In this document: positions 12,248 through 26,018 of the stretch, in pieces
Position numbering within the stretch: position 1 is the stretch's first letter
How the letters are laid out: each line of letters starts with the position of its first letter
Assembly (NCBI GenBank): GCA_013115125.1
Contig: JABANN010000083.1
Location: forward strand, 1 to 64,000
Direction of reading: 5' to 3'
Length of the DNA: 64,000 nt
Source: Perkinsus olseni
Lineage: Eukaryota
The notes under the pieces: generated by a model
The model's input: the letters and a program-made list of their open reading frames with translations, nothing else
Told to the model about the DNA's origin: nothing
The model's database searches: none
Position numbers and translations under genes: made by a program

Positions 12248-15200
12248 TCATAAGACACTTCCCATCTTTCCGGCTTTCTTCTGTCGCTGGCTTGACCGAG
12301 ATACTCTACTCGTCGGCCGAGTCGCGGCAGTACTTGCACTCGAGAGGGTTGAGCGGAGGTTCCGCCGACCCGCAATGTCTGTGCTGAGGCTTGAGGGGAG
12401 AGACTCTCGCACTACAGCAGAAACGCTCCGATTATCTGGTCGGGCTTTCGAGGCAGTATTCGGCCTTGGCAGCGTAACCATAATGGCAGGGCGGCGGGAG
12501 GTCTCGCTGCTGCGTGGGCGACCAACAGTTTTCATCGAAGCGGCTGGTCCTTGCTCGTCGCACGCTTGGGAGCGCTCTGGCTCACACGCGAGAACGGGCC
12601 GTTCCAACGAGGACGACTGAGCGGTCAAAGACGAGTTACGTCGCCTTATTGGACGTTGAGGAGCCGCGGGGCCCCGATAAGTCCGCCGATGAGCCTGCCG
12701 GCACCAGTGCTCCGATTCTATTCTGCTGAACTGCGTGTTCAACGACTTTGCCGAGTTGCTTTGACTGAGATAGGGCAGGAGTGCAGTGGAACCATCCATA
12801 CCATCCGAATCATCTTGAGCGTAATCTCGAATCACATTCTCCATCAAAAGCGATTTCGGTGTACGCAAAGGACTCGCTTCATCGACTGGACATTCTGTAG
12901 GGGCTTCTCTCTGATGACGGGAAGTGAGAGGCTTCTCCAGGCGCTTACAATCCTCGCGATCATCAGCACTGCCACTGCCGTTATTCTCAACAGGGACTCC
13001 ATTCAGACGGCTCAGTTGACGCGATCGACCAGCGAGAATTCGCGACGCCTCATCCTCGCCGATGAGCTCCGTCGCTACGTTGTAGGCATGCAGGGTCGTG
13101 CAAACATTAAGACCCAAGTGGGCCAGAGAACTAGGCAGCTGGTAAACTCCTCGGGCTCTAGTTGATGCCTGCAACTCGCCCGTCTCATCCCAGATCTCAA
13201 AGATTCCTCCTCTGCCAGAGCTAGCACCGCCGCCACGCATGAGCAGTACGCATGATGTGCCGGTCAGATGCACCGCAGCCCTCACTCGGTCCTCCTTATT
13301 GGTCGAGAATCGACTCCTTTCCTCCAGCCCATCGGCCGAGAGAACCACCACCGTACCAGTGCTGTTCACGATGACCAAATCTCCGCCAGTTGCCGAACAT
13401 TCCGCCGCGATTTGGAGGTGTTTTTTCTCATCAGCGCTTTCGGGCCCTGATCGCCAACCCTCTTGATGGGACTCCGAGAGGGACGTGTGAGCCTCGAGCT
13501 CCTTAGTTTGCTGGCGCATCAGCCTTCCAGTCGATGCCCTCAGACTCGGGGCAAGGAGATATCCGATGCCACTATCGGGTGCGGCGATTCGACTCAAACC
13601 CGCATACACCTCGGGCGGGATGTCTTCGAGGGAGGTCGCGTCAGCGGATGGGAGGATGGGAATAATACGCGCTGGGTTTGATAGGTTATGTAGGAACACA
13701 TGGCGTTGAGGAGAGGGAGCCTTCCCCGGCTCACACAGCCAGACCTCGACTCTACCGGCTGTCGTGAGGAGGGCAATGGACTGTGAATCTTGCATCAGAC
13801 AGTGGGACACCAACTCTCCTTCCTGACCCAACTTCGTGGCGCGGGAACTTCCACTAGCAACGTCAACGGAGAAGATCTTCCGGTCTGTTGTTGATATTGC
13901 AACGATAACCTTGGGGAGAGCGTAAACTGCTTGCAACTCGGTGCCCGGAGTGTCGACTGACTGCCAATGAGGGCTGCCCAGTCTCTTAAATACGATGCTA
14001 CCACCCGACGAGCATGCAGCAATCCACGGCTGCTCGGCAGACTTCTTCAGGGAAGGCCTGGAGATGGCGAGACCTGTGACTGATTGATGCATCGCCTCAA
14101 TTTCCGGGCCTCTGGTAGGACCGATCCACTCGACCAACGCTCCGTCATGAACCCTATGGCTGGTAACACGGCCGGTTGAGGTGCCGATGAGAAACCGCTC
14201 GTGAGTCGCCTCGTCCATGGCGAAGGCCGTGATGGTAACTCCGGCGGACAAGTGCGAGAATTGGATTTTAGCGAGCAGTTCTCCCCGGGAGAGGCTGTAA
14301 ATGCAGACGTTGCGTGGATGCGCCACGAGCACCTCCCGATCGACATGATTGATCGCCATGGCAACGACGGTTTGCGGGGGCCCTGGGGGAGGGGAGGCTA
14401 CGAACGGGTCGCTAGAAGTACTCTCTGAGTTTTGTTCTGACAGGGACATGAAGTGCATCCTCTTCTCACCGACGAGGGCCAGGCGGTCTCTTCCCAGGGC
14501 GAAGAAGGACTTGAAGTTTGGCACTCTGCGCGGGTTGATGGTCTGGTACGGCGTCCACATGCGGATATCCCACAGTTTCACCAGCCCTGATCGATCCGCT
14601 GTGACCAGTGTATCAGTTCCGTTTATCATAGCAACGCCAGAGAGGGATCTCTGATGACCTCGGAGTACGGCTACTGCGCCAGCCTGGTCGCATGCCGTGG
14701 TTTGGGCGTTGTACGCTCTACAAAGACCGTCGAACTGTGCTGTGAAGAGGAGCCTTCGAGTGTCGTCGTAGGCCAACCCGCTAATCCCCTTCACGTTGAG
14801 GCTGTGAGAAGAGTACTGTGGATTCAATCGTGCAATCGCTTGCATGACAGTTGAGTCCCACAGAAGGACCGTGCCATTCAATGATGACGTGGCGAGGCGT
14901 TCCGAACCGGCGTCTAGGAGGCAGGTCGTCACCGATCGTCTTCCCTCTACGTAAGCATCAGGGACCTTCAAGTAGCCCACCCGTCTCCGTTCGAAGTGGT
15001 CCCACACGTCTAAGACATAGTTCGCTCGTTCATCAGTGGCCACGGGCCCCTCGGCCGACCCTGCGGTCCGTGCACATGTAACCCATCGGTTGCCAAGCGC
15101 CATCGAAGGCCATAGACCTGTCGTAGTGCGACGTTTCGTCTCTACGATGGACTTCAATCGGCACTCGTCAATGGTGCCCTGAGTACTCCAGAAACAGATC

Positions 15201-16160
15201 CAGCGAGAGGACAAGAGGGCCGCGGCTGTGTGATCGCCACTACAGTACCCTGAGAGACCACAACGGCTAAGGCGGAGTAGCGCACAGGGAATTTACCGGC
15301 AGATATGATCGAAGCGTCTGTGAGGTCCACGCCGTCGTTGTTGAACGGAAGGGTCTTCCACACTTCGAGTTGCTGACCAAAGCTGATGAGGAGGGGGCGG
15401 TTGTTCTCAGTGAGGCTCACGTGCTTCTGCAGGGTGAACAGCCTCATCGGCGGCGGCCCGGTCCCGGCCCCCGCCACCAGCAGGGAGTTGAAACCATCGA
15501 CCCTCTCGCCGCGGCAGGCACTGACGATGCCCGCAGGCCTGAGAGCAGCGCTTGCCTCTCTCAGACGAACTCCATCTCGCTCACCCATGCCGGAAGCTGT
15601 CAACCAGGTTGCTGTCCGGAACCGCCCTGAGGGGTCCAGCGCACCGTTCTATGGCGCCAAGGCCCTGCGGCCCATGAGCTTCTCCCGAGGGGTCAGGGCG
15701 GTACCATGCAACGCAGTCCGTCCACCTGAAGGAAGCATATCGCTCGAGTGCCGCCTGATCGCTAGTCACGTTATATAGCCGCTGGCCTGTCGGTCGCACA
15801 GCCGGAAGAAGGACACGATCATCTCCAGCAACACGGCTAATGCAGGCCCTGCCCTGGCACGACCCTCAGGGGTATCGAGGCCGAGTTGGACCAGACAGAG
15901 CGAGAGGAATTGGACCACTGTAACTCCAGCTGGCCCGTCCGGTGGTCTGTCGGTCGTGGTGAATCTGAAGATGAGAAACCCTTCATCATTAATGACCAGA
16001 TCGTGCCCCGGTTCGAGGCCCACTCGCTGTTATTCCGTGACTTGAGAATCTTCGCGTTTGCCACGGCGGTTGTACGGAAGTCACCCTCGAGCTCTTGCAA
16101 AGCCTCTCGGTCGAATAACGAGAAGAAGTCTCTCACGGAAGGGACTCGGCCGATGCTCAT
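12248..16160 (-). CDS. EF-hand-like plus WD40-repeat protein (WDR49/WDR64/EFCAB8-like architecture), multi-exon
   Basis: A 988-codon open frame has WD motifs (LATSSLNGTVLLWD; LRGHQRSLSGV...LVTADRSGLVKLWDIR). An upstream exon FFRLCDRQASGYIT resembles an EF-hand loop. ATG at 16160. Confidence 0.75.
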
Positions 16161-16493
16161 TGGCACGGAACTGCAGCGACTTTGGCGCCCATACGGCCTT
16201 AACGAATCAACACGAGTGTACTCAACGGCAAAGTGATACAGATCATGGCGAAGGTCAACTCAGCTCCTCGAGAACGTCCGAGCACTGAGGGGCCACAATT
16301 GCGATTGTTTCTGACGGTCTGCGACGTTCTCGCGCTCGAGCACATCAAATTCTCGGCCTGAGGCTAACTGAGTACTGCAATGATGCTAAGCTCACGCTTC
16401 CACGCACCGGAGTAGCTGCCGGGCCGCCAAGGCTGTGCGCCTCTGAGGGCTGCCATTTTACGGAGAGCTATACCGCCATGGCCCAATCCCTGA

Positions 16494-17280
16494 TCAGCAG
16501 GAATGTTCCGATCGCATGGTGCCTTGGCAGCTCACCTCAGCCACGGCTGTGTCCACGAGCAAGGGACCGAACTCTCGACCGTAGGCGGCGGGTGCCTTGA
16601 ATGCAGGCCGCTTGATAGAAGTTTGGAACTCCTGATAGATTCGTCTTTCCCGAGACAGAGACCGCACAGAAGTACGCGTTTTCGCCGTTGTCTGCTGTAC
16701 CGCTCCTTTCGCTTTTCCTTGAAGTCCTGAAGCGTTTTCGCCTCTAGTTCTGAAGGGATTCATCTCGCGTTGTTGCTGCTGATTCATGTTCAACGGATGC
16801 TTGCCTTTCTCATATGCTCGTCGACTCTCCCTCAAGTGGGCAACAAGTTCGCGAAGGGTCATCAGCCAGCAGCGGCTGTCACTCAAGTGCTCTTGCATCG
16901 TGAAAATTCCCAAGGTTGTTCAACCACCGACGAGTTTCCTCGGAGCGTTGTGCCCCCCTATAGCAGAGCGCAACACTGGTAGCCAGAATGAAGGACACCT
17001 TATGCAGTCGACGGTCATGATGCCGGCACGGACAGCTTCACAGAGTCAAGGCATTCGCGTATGAACTCCGACGTGAAGAAGTCGCATTCCTCGAGCTGAG
17101 ACACCTGCACGCGGGGACGGTCAGGCAAGTGACGATGCAGGAAGCCCCGCGGCACTGACCGTGATAGTGGACAGTTTCGGCGGCAGAGGCGAGCCCGACT
17201 GCTGGATGAGAGCCTCCCATTGCCTAGGAGTCAGCCCACGGATGTCTTCCAGTGCTGAGCAGTTCCGCTTCTGCCAGACC
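16494..17280 (-). CDS. Hypothetical protein, multi-exon, boundaries uncertain
   Basis: Open minus-strand frames (16494-16913, and ~17121-17280) flanked by GT/AG-like sites; no recognisable domain. Confidence 0.35.
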
Positions 17281-17586
17281 TGCGGGGAGCATGTGACGAC
17301 CGTGCAAGCGTGTGCACAGCCTAGATGACTTGATATCAAGCAAGAACTAAACCCTTCCACAAAATTATATCACAGCGCGAATTTTTCTAATTTCTTTCCA
17401 TTGAATAACTTGAAGCTCTCAAGTTGCAGTGCAAGACTCGCACTTGAAGAGGTAGTCTACATAACCAGAACTACATATCTAGATAACAAAACTGTGTGTA
17501 GAATCGCCTCAGCTACGTCGTATTAGCGACTCGCCATCAAACCCAATTAGCTCGACTGCTTCTCATTGTGCTCTGTCAGCTCTATT

Positions 17587-20102
17587 CTATATCCTGTGTT
17601 CTAGTACCATAAGCCTCACGACGAGAGAGCGCACGTGTGCTCGGCTCAATCCCGAGCTTACCTCGAGGATATCCTGGACTAAAGCCTCATAGAGTGGTTG
17701 GTATCTTTCAACCTCGTTCCCACCTTGAGCGGTCATCAGACCCCCAGCCATCAGCCCGTCTGAGGAGCCTGTCCAGTGATGACTACCTTTACAGGCCTGC
17801 AGCTCAGTCTGGGCCGGCGCCGCGCGGGCAGTGCAAGCGTCTTTCCAGGCACCAATGTCGCAGCTTTCCACCCGCTCCTCGCGCCACTTCGATACAAGCT
17901 TGTACCAAAGGGATATCTCACACCAGCAGCTTAGGTGTGGTGGACGGCACGACACCAACTACCTCAGTCCAAACCCTCTCAGCTCCTTCTACCAGCTGAG
18001 CTAGTACTGGGGCCTAGCACAGCACAGCATTACGACCACCTTAGTGACCACAACTTACCTCAGTGAACCTCAACTGGCTCTCTGAGCTCATCATGGACGG
18101 CCCGCCAGCGTGTGTCTGAGGGCTGACTATTCACCATCACGACGGAGGGAGCACTCACGTCGATGCACTTCTCGCTCTCACAAGCCCACTTCATCTGCTG
18201 CTCCAACTTCACAGCAGAGGCCTTCATCTTTCCAAGTTGGCCCAGAATCTGGCAATACTGTAACGACGAGAAGCCAGCGCGTCCCGGCATCATTAGGGAC
18301 TCGCAGAGGGATCGGAAATCGCGAAGCACCCGAGGGTTTTGTGCTGGTCGGGAGGGCCAAGAAGCCCGCGAGCTCACACTGTCTGCGGATGACCAGCCGC
18401 CAACAGCCTCTCTCAAGACAATGAACCCTCCATCAGGGTCGAGAATCTCCGCTTTCATATTCCTGGCCGTTTCCTCGATCGTATCACCGAAGGTATCTGC
18501 AACCGAAATGACTCATTTCAAATGAGGAAGCTCGATCCCGCTGCCACCGTCCACTTACGCAGTTCCTCGAGCATCGAACGCTTCCTTGCCCTGGTGAACT
18601 CACAGGCGGCTGGGAGTTTCCTATCTGTGCATTCCGTCGACAGCTGTATGAGGGTCTCTAACTCTACGGTATCGTCCACCGACAGTTTAACTTTGTACCT
18701 GGGCGAACTCGATACAGTGTCGAGGGGCAAGCGTAGAGTTGGTTCTGAGAGACCAGCAGAGACGCAGGTGGGACAAGAATCAAGCAAGACGCGTACAGCA
18801 ACGGAAGAGAGGTGTACAATAGAAAAGATGAGAATATGAAAAGGAAAGTGTACTCTAGTGACGACGCACTTTAGAGGGCTCGCGTGTGGAGCAATATTGA
18901 TGCCTGAACGGTGCAAAGAGACAGGGGAAAACTTCGAGACCAGCTAGAATAGCGCACAATTCCGGGCAGCATTTGCCATGTTGGTCCTCCGTCTTTCACG
19001 GACCCGACCCCCTACTGTCTCGCCATGATGTGCAGCTCTTCAACCCCAGCTTTGGCCGCTTCCAACTCGCTCAGCTCGTTCTGCTTCAAACGAGCAAGCC
19101 TCTGCAAGTACCTGTGGGAGAGCCTGCGCTCAGCCTGGCTTGCTGCGGGGTTTCTTACGCGACGAAAGATTCCAACTTGGCCGGTCTCTCATCAAGCTCA
19201 CGATTGAGCACTGCGTATCTTTCGCCGGTCGCTTTGCACTTCTCACGGAGGGCGGACAGCAGTAGGCTCTTCATGGTCGTCAGCGCCCTCTGGGGTATCG
19301 GAGTCAACAGCTGCTTAACCTTCCTAGCTTCTACTGACAGAACGCCCACGCTTTGCACCTAGGGCGAAGCTCTGCGCTATTCGACAGAAAGGAAGGCGTA
19401 CTGGTTTGAGCCGCTCGACTTTGTATTCGAATTCCGACATCAAGGCCATCTCTCGCTGCAGAGCTGCTGCGTCCACGGACTTCTCCTCGGGATCTGGGGA
19501 AAAGATGGTATCAACTAACCACAAACTTCTACCAATCACCCTCAGCGGTCATCGACTTCATCTTCGCTACGAACTGCTCTTCATCCCAACCCTGTCCGTA
19601 TCTGCAACGCCCTCTCCCAACCAGAACGGGCGAGGCCACCTCACTCGTAGATTCTTCGATATTCCACCAACTGCCGTTCAGCGAGCTCATGAGCATTCGC
19701 AAAGTCAGCCGATAGCTTCCGGAATATCCCCTCAGACGCTGCTGCGAACCTGACCGACTGGGTAGCCGCGGCTGAGCTTCTCAAGGAACGTACCGTTGGT
19801 CGTAGACGAGCGTTCGTTCAACAGCATTGGAAGCGACACCAGCGCCTGAGCATAAGGGTATCATTGACTCTGCCGACGACCCTCGCTCGAGATTTACTGT
19901 CTCCCGACACTTCCACGAATTTTCTCATTTTGTGACGATTATAGTGTTTGAAATCGTCGTAAGGGTGACTGATAGCCGCTACGGTCTGCGACAGGAGCTC
20001 CTCAAAAGCCGAAGAAAACTCGGCCCGGGTTGGCATCTGACGAGGCAGTCTATTGACCCATGATAGTCGAAGAACATACCATGGCGATAGTCGAGGGGGC
20101 AT
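17587..20102 (-). CDS. Hypothetical coiled-coil protein, many exons
   Basis: Chain of helical, charge-rich minus-strand exons (e.g. LREKCKATGERYAVLNRELDERPAKLE) separated by short GT-AG introns, e.g. 19494-19539 (46 bp). Confidence 0.5.
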
Positions 20103-21531
20103 CGAGATTACACCCGAGTGGGAGGGAGTCGTCGCTGAAATTAACCGTCACAGAAAGCAGCTTGGGATGGCTCCCGAGGGTCTTGAGAAGCTCGCGTACT
20201 GAGGATACTCCCAGCTCCACCATGGCCTGAGGAAAGCTTCTCCCCCGCTACAACGTGGATCTCGTCAGAAGTGGGGGAAATGTGGTACTGGCTACCAGGA
20301 AGCCATATCTGTAAGCGCCCAATCGCTATGCTCATATCCGTATCTCTCTAGATGGCGGCAACAATGAGGTTGCCAACGCTACCAAAAAAGGGGTGGCGCC
20401 CCGAAGCGTGAATTTCGAATCCGGATTTGGTCAGAGAAACGGCCAGGAGAAGTCTGCAGCAACCATCGAGGGCGGCTGGATCTCGGCAGACCTTCTGTAG
20501 CGTCGATCAACTACAAAGCCTTCAACGACCACCGTCTAGCTACTTACGAGCCTTGTCAAATAACCCCGCCTGATACCCACCGAGGACCATCACGCACGCA
20601 AGGCTAACACCGCTCTCTCTCCGCTATCAGCCCACCCCTTACGAGGCCTACCGAGTAACAGCGTATTTCTGCTAGTCGTATGAAGGATGGAAGTCTCCTC
20701 ACATTCTGCATGGCCAAGTCCCGAGCCAGTTCTCGCTCTCCTACAGCCGACATCGACTACGCTGCGGCAAGAGCAGCAGCCTTACTCTGGCGCCTTCTCT
20801 CCACCGCTATGCCCCTCGTCGAGGACCACCACGCCTGCTCAGCCCTCAACTTCTCGCACTCCGCCCCTGAGATCGATCTCACGGGATTCAGCACCGGCCA
20901 GAAGCGCTGCGTCACTCCTATTGACAGCGTCCGCGGCCACCGCCGTGCAGGTGTGGTGGATGCAGCTAACCAGCTCTTCCAGTCTGACCACCACAAGCTG
21001 AGCGGTGAGTGGAAGCTTTGCCACGGTTACTTCGTTTCGATCTCTTCGACTACCCCGCCCCCCACAGAAGGCAGCGTGGCCGACGCCTTCCCGCCATCGC
21101 CCGCATCTCCTGAGCAGAATCGCCTCAGGACCGGAGGCCGGTTACGGAGAGCGACCCTCCAATGGTGTGCTAACCATAGGCGATGACGATGGATGGACTG
21201 CCGAACTCGGAAGAAGCGAAAAGTCTAGCGGCAGTCTGGCGCCCCGAGAGGACCGTCTGGAGGCGCTTAATGACGAGCTCATTGAATGAAGACAGTCCCG
21301 AGAAGTGACGAGCGTTAATCTCCCTCAAGCACCAGCCGTTCGCCAATTCGCGACCTGTGAAAAATGTTCCGAATTACCAGTTTTCTTGTCCCAGAAAAAA
21401 TTGCATCGCCTGCTCCGAGCAGAAGTGTCGAAAAAAAGAAACCAGGCCCTAAACCTCACCCGTCTCTGGTGATGCTAATGATGATGATGACGACGATTCC
21501 ATCACTACTGGGCTCGCACCATCACGAACCT

Positions 21532-24500
21532 TCACCGAAACTGGACGCCACGGCTGACGATGACTCCCCCACCCTCTGTTGTGCAGCTACGAAAGCAGGA
21601 AGGTCGTAGCACCGGTCCGCCTCTATTCGAACTATCTTCATACGACCGATCGCCGATAGGAGAGCCTGCACCTGAATAGTGAGCTAGCTTCGATGACCAC
21701 TCGAGAAGGCCAGCATCGGTCAGAGACAACAAGGGCGACAGAACCGTGAGCTTCCCGGCCCACCTTGAGTACGGCGTCAGCGAGGCGAGGTTGGGCTGTG
21801 ATAAGCTTCTGCGAAAGTCGGTCCCGAGTAGAACGGAATCTGCTGTATCGTGCCTGTTGGTAGATGATGATAACATCACCACCACAACAACAACAACAAT
21901 GAGACCGAGGGGGGTTCCGAGTTCGTCACAGAGAGAGAACTCCTCCGAGCCACAAAGCGTATTAAACGACCCCTTCCGCAAGATCGTGCCAGGACGAACC
22001 TCACTCTTCAAATTCGGTTAAAAAAATTTCTTCAACTTCAACGTTCTTCAGCTTCTGAGTGTGGGTCCAGAGACCTGGTGATGAGCACACCATCCCCGCC
22101 ACCTTACGTTGTATCGCCATTGAGCTAAGATCTTCCTCTGAGAATAGTGTTTGAAAACGGACATGCTACGTAGCACCTAAGAATCACTATCAACTGAGGG
22201 TCCACTAGGAGAGGGTCGCCCACCTTGAAACGCATAGATTCTTCCATCCACCTCGACAAGCTCGTGTGCTCTGAGGCTTCCCCGGGACAGTAGTGGACCT
22301 GGGCCAAGAAGACGAGAGCCTTTCTGAAGGAACCTTAGCTCCCTGTGAGGGCACTGGTCAACCTTTCCCGCCCAAAACTGCCAAGTGCATCGGATGCTCT
22401 CAAGCGTCAAACGACGAGGCAGAGACGAAATGTTCCTCGAGTTACGATTGGTGTGGTACTAGTCAGTCATAATAGAGGGCAAGGTCTCCTTCCCCAAATC
22501 AAAATCTGCGTACGATCATAGGATCTCTTCCCTCTCGCCACGCCCCACGCCGCCCTCTCGGTAGGGCCGGTCGGGCGCGACCAAACTTCGCAATAGAAAT
22601 AGAAGCAGACACATTGTGGTCATACTGCTTCTATCATTATCTCTGTAATAAGATCGCCATACTCGTGCGCGTGTGATTGGCGACGGGCCGCCAGGAAAAG
22701 GCCCCCAAGGATGCTTACCAAGCCGCTGGTGGATATCGTGAAGTACTCCCTGTCCCGCTGATCAGGAGTGGTAACGACCAGATCGTAAGGGTCGAAATGG
22801 TGGGGGTCTGTGGACAGCCGAGGGCGATTGAGGTACCTGAGGGCGAAGCGAAGCTAATCCTAATCCTCACCGGGCGGGAGGGACATTCGACACTCGCGAC
22901 ACTCGCGAGGCTTTCGAGCTAAGCTGCAAACTCACATGAACTTGACACTGGTACTGCTGCCCATGGAAGCGAAGAATCCGATGGCTTCCTCGACCGTTGT
23001 TATCGTAGTGGTCGTAGGGGTAGGTACAGCCTCAACCTTCTCCCCGACTGAGACGAGGAGTCCAAGGCTGTCCAGGCTCTCATCACCTACCACGACTCGG
23101 TCTCGAGCTCATCACCGGGTGCTGCCCTCCTGCGAGTATGCGATCGAGGTCCTCCATGCCCGCCGCCCTGCCGCCCTCACCACTGTTACTGGCATATCTA
23201 CAGTAATCGAGATTACACAGGGGAAGGACCGTCGTCTTAAAACCGGGCCGGGAATCTTCGTGGACACCCAGAAGCTCTATGACGACGAGGACGACGACAC
23301 GAAAACTACTTCAATTACGTATGAACAATTTACGATGTAGCATAGCGATATGCGGTGAAGGGATACTCGCTGCTACTCGGAGGAGCATCAGTCCCACTGT
23401 GGAAGATCACTGAACGATTTGTCCGAATCAAAAACCTGTCTCAGGAAGGTTGTAGGCGATGAGATTCCAAAAACCAGCAACGACAGAGGTCAACGGCCGA
23501 CGAGGGATGAATCGTGACGATAAGTACAAGCCCTAGCGTACAGGGTCTTGATGTAATTGATGTGCTTCGGCAGATGAGGCTTCCTTCGCTCACTACTCAC
23601 CAGTGATGTAGAACCACGGAATTCGCTGTTACGAGCCGAACGAATCTAAAGTTGGACATGGCTCAACACGAAACCGTAAGATACGCCCCGCTCTCACATT
23701 CTCATCTGGATGGGCCACGTGGGACGCCCTCGACAGACGTGCGGGTATCTGACGTCAGGTAGGGGTGATAACAAGTACACGACACCATACCGCTCCATCA
23801 CCAACTCCCCCACCTGTGCCCTCTCATCCACGGCAGCACTAGGCCGGCCAGGAGTCTTCATCGGGCTGCCGACAACAGTCTTTCCCGAAGCTCCTTGCTT
23901 CTCCGGACCTGAGCGTTACAACAAGCCAATAAAATACCACACCTGCACCAAATCGTGTCCACAACAGCAGCAAGGAGAAGAGCACGATGAATGATAACAG
24001 TGCACTCGATATTGACCCTCGCTGCTGATCCCCATATCGCTCGAGAAGATGCCAAACCCCACGCTGACAACACCCGAGCAATCTCTACTGTCATACTTCC
24101 TACTGGCTACTTAGGCCTACTAAGACCGCGCTGCACTAGGGCCTATCATTGATAGTAGGGGTAGAACCATCGCGCGCTGACCCGTATCAGTCGGCATCAA
24201 CCGATTCCTGCGGCCGTCTTACCGAACATCATCACACTCCTCTTCTGTTCTCTCGGTGACACTATCCTAACATGCCTTTCTCGTGGCAGCGACGTTCCTG
24301 ACTTCAAACCGTCATCACCGCCAACGACCAGCAGGATCCCTCACCAGCCCCAGCGATCGATGATCTCACACGACCCTCCTGTACTGCTGCTGCTGCTGCC
24401 GAAGTGCCGTAATCTGCATGCATTTCTGAACAACAATTTCTGACCATCTCCCCGGTGCTCCAGACGAGTCACAACGCTCCTCAGCCACGAGGACTTCGAC

Positions 24501-25200
24501 GGCTCCGGACGCCGGTCTCGAACTTATTGGCAACCTATTATGCGGTCTGGCATATTGATCTCTTGGCACAATGGCAAATTGTGTCATCGTGTCTCCACTA
24601 TTCTGCCACCACTCACCCCGTACGAGAGATCTACTGTATGTCCCCCTACAGACAGCAACCGTCCGTCCCAATCTCAGACCGAGGCGAGCAGGGCTGATAA
24701 GTCCACAGCGGGAGCACTTTGGAGACTCTACCGCTGTTATAAAAGCGAACGCAATCCCCATAAAAACGATAGACACCGGTCGAGCATGGGATCATGAAGC
24801 TTCCGTGCTAGCTCGCTCTCCTCACGACGGACTTCCTGGGGTTGTTAACAAGGCCCGTCTTTGAGTACCAACTCAACCCAGGGTTCCGTATCTGAACAGT
24901 GCCGTCTGTCGAGAACAGCGGCGCAGAAAGACTTTACTTTCTGGTAAAGACCGATTTCGTGGAGCTTGGGGAAGCTGCTGGCCGGCTGCCCGCAACAGCC
25001 AAAATACCTGACCATCGACCGAAGAGAAAAAAACTCCGCTCCGCTAGGAAGATTCAAGTATCGTCATCAGAGTGCGCTCACGTAGGCTGCAGTCGAGGTG
25101 TCAAGCCGTCCACCGTCTGCCGAATAGACGACCAGTCAAGTCCTGCGGGGACTGAGTGGTGGCGGGACAGACCCAGCTGGTGGAGATGGACCCTGAGCAT
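21532..25200 (-). CDS. One or more hypothetical multi-exon genes; product unresolved
   Basis: Series of minus-strand open frames with intron-like breaks; no domain that could be named with confidence. Confidence 0.3.
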
Positions 25201-26018
25201 GATGCTGATGATGGTGCACCTCCCGCTCGAAGACCGAATTCCGCAACTTCATCGATTATCATAGGCAAAAAACCGACTGGAGGATCGATGCCGGAACTGC
25301 TGGTTTAATAGGTGGAATGCGATTAAAGTATCGAATCTGAGTTGGTCAGAATTGGCTTCCTGACCACCCCTACTGTCACCGCGCCACAGAACTCACCGGT
25401 CGACCAGATCTCGCCTGCTTTGAACGTGCGACGGATGGGCGGTCATATCCGCGTAAGACGTCCGAAGATGTCGACTGCGATAGCGATGGTGCCTGAAGTC
25501 CGAAGAGAATCCTGAGCTCATGCGTGTAAGATACGAAACAGGTCAACTCAACGTGATTCCTACCAATCAGAATCAACGACTGGTGGATCAAGATGGAGCT
25601 CTCTCCGCATGAGGCATTCAAACTCTCAACTGCCATAAGAACATCACCATCGGCCTCCTTCCCCCAGCCGAGCCAGCGGCCACCCCAAAGCGACCCAGCT
25701 CGACCACGGCCCTCCGTCGGCGCCCTCATCAGGTTACGCCACCCGAGACATTCCTTCTTGATACCATGCACGGTACCATCAAAGGGAGATTAGAATATCG
25801 GTGGTCGAGCGTGTTCCACGACGCTTCCCCCGACCCTGTTAAAGAGAGTCGCAAAATCTGTCGAGACAAAATCTGTCTGCGTCCCAACATCACTCCGATG
25901 ATGACCGCCCCAGATTAACAACTCATCCTCCACAAACGCCCTCCAGAAAGTCGGTGCGCACTAGTCGTAGTAAACAACACAGCAGTAATGGTAATGATAC
26001 ACAGCATCGACGGAAAAA

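Noticed and set aside
12375-15630. Numerous plus-strand ORFs up to 204 aa
   Set aside because: Antisense shadows of the WD40 gene with no independent motifs.
23300-23370. Dual-specificity phosphatase hint (YIVNCS on the minus strand)
   Set aside because: No HCxxGxxRS catalytic motif was found in nearby frames.
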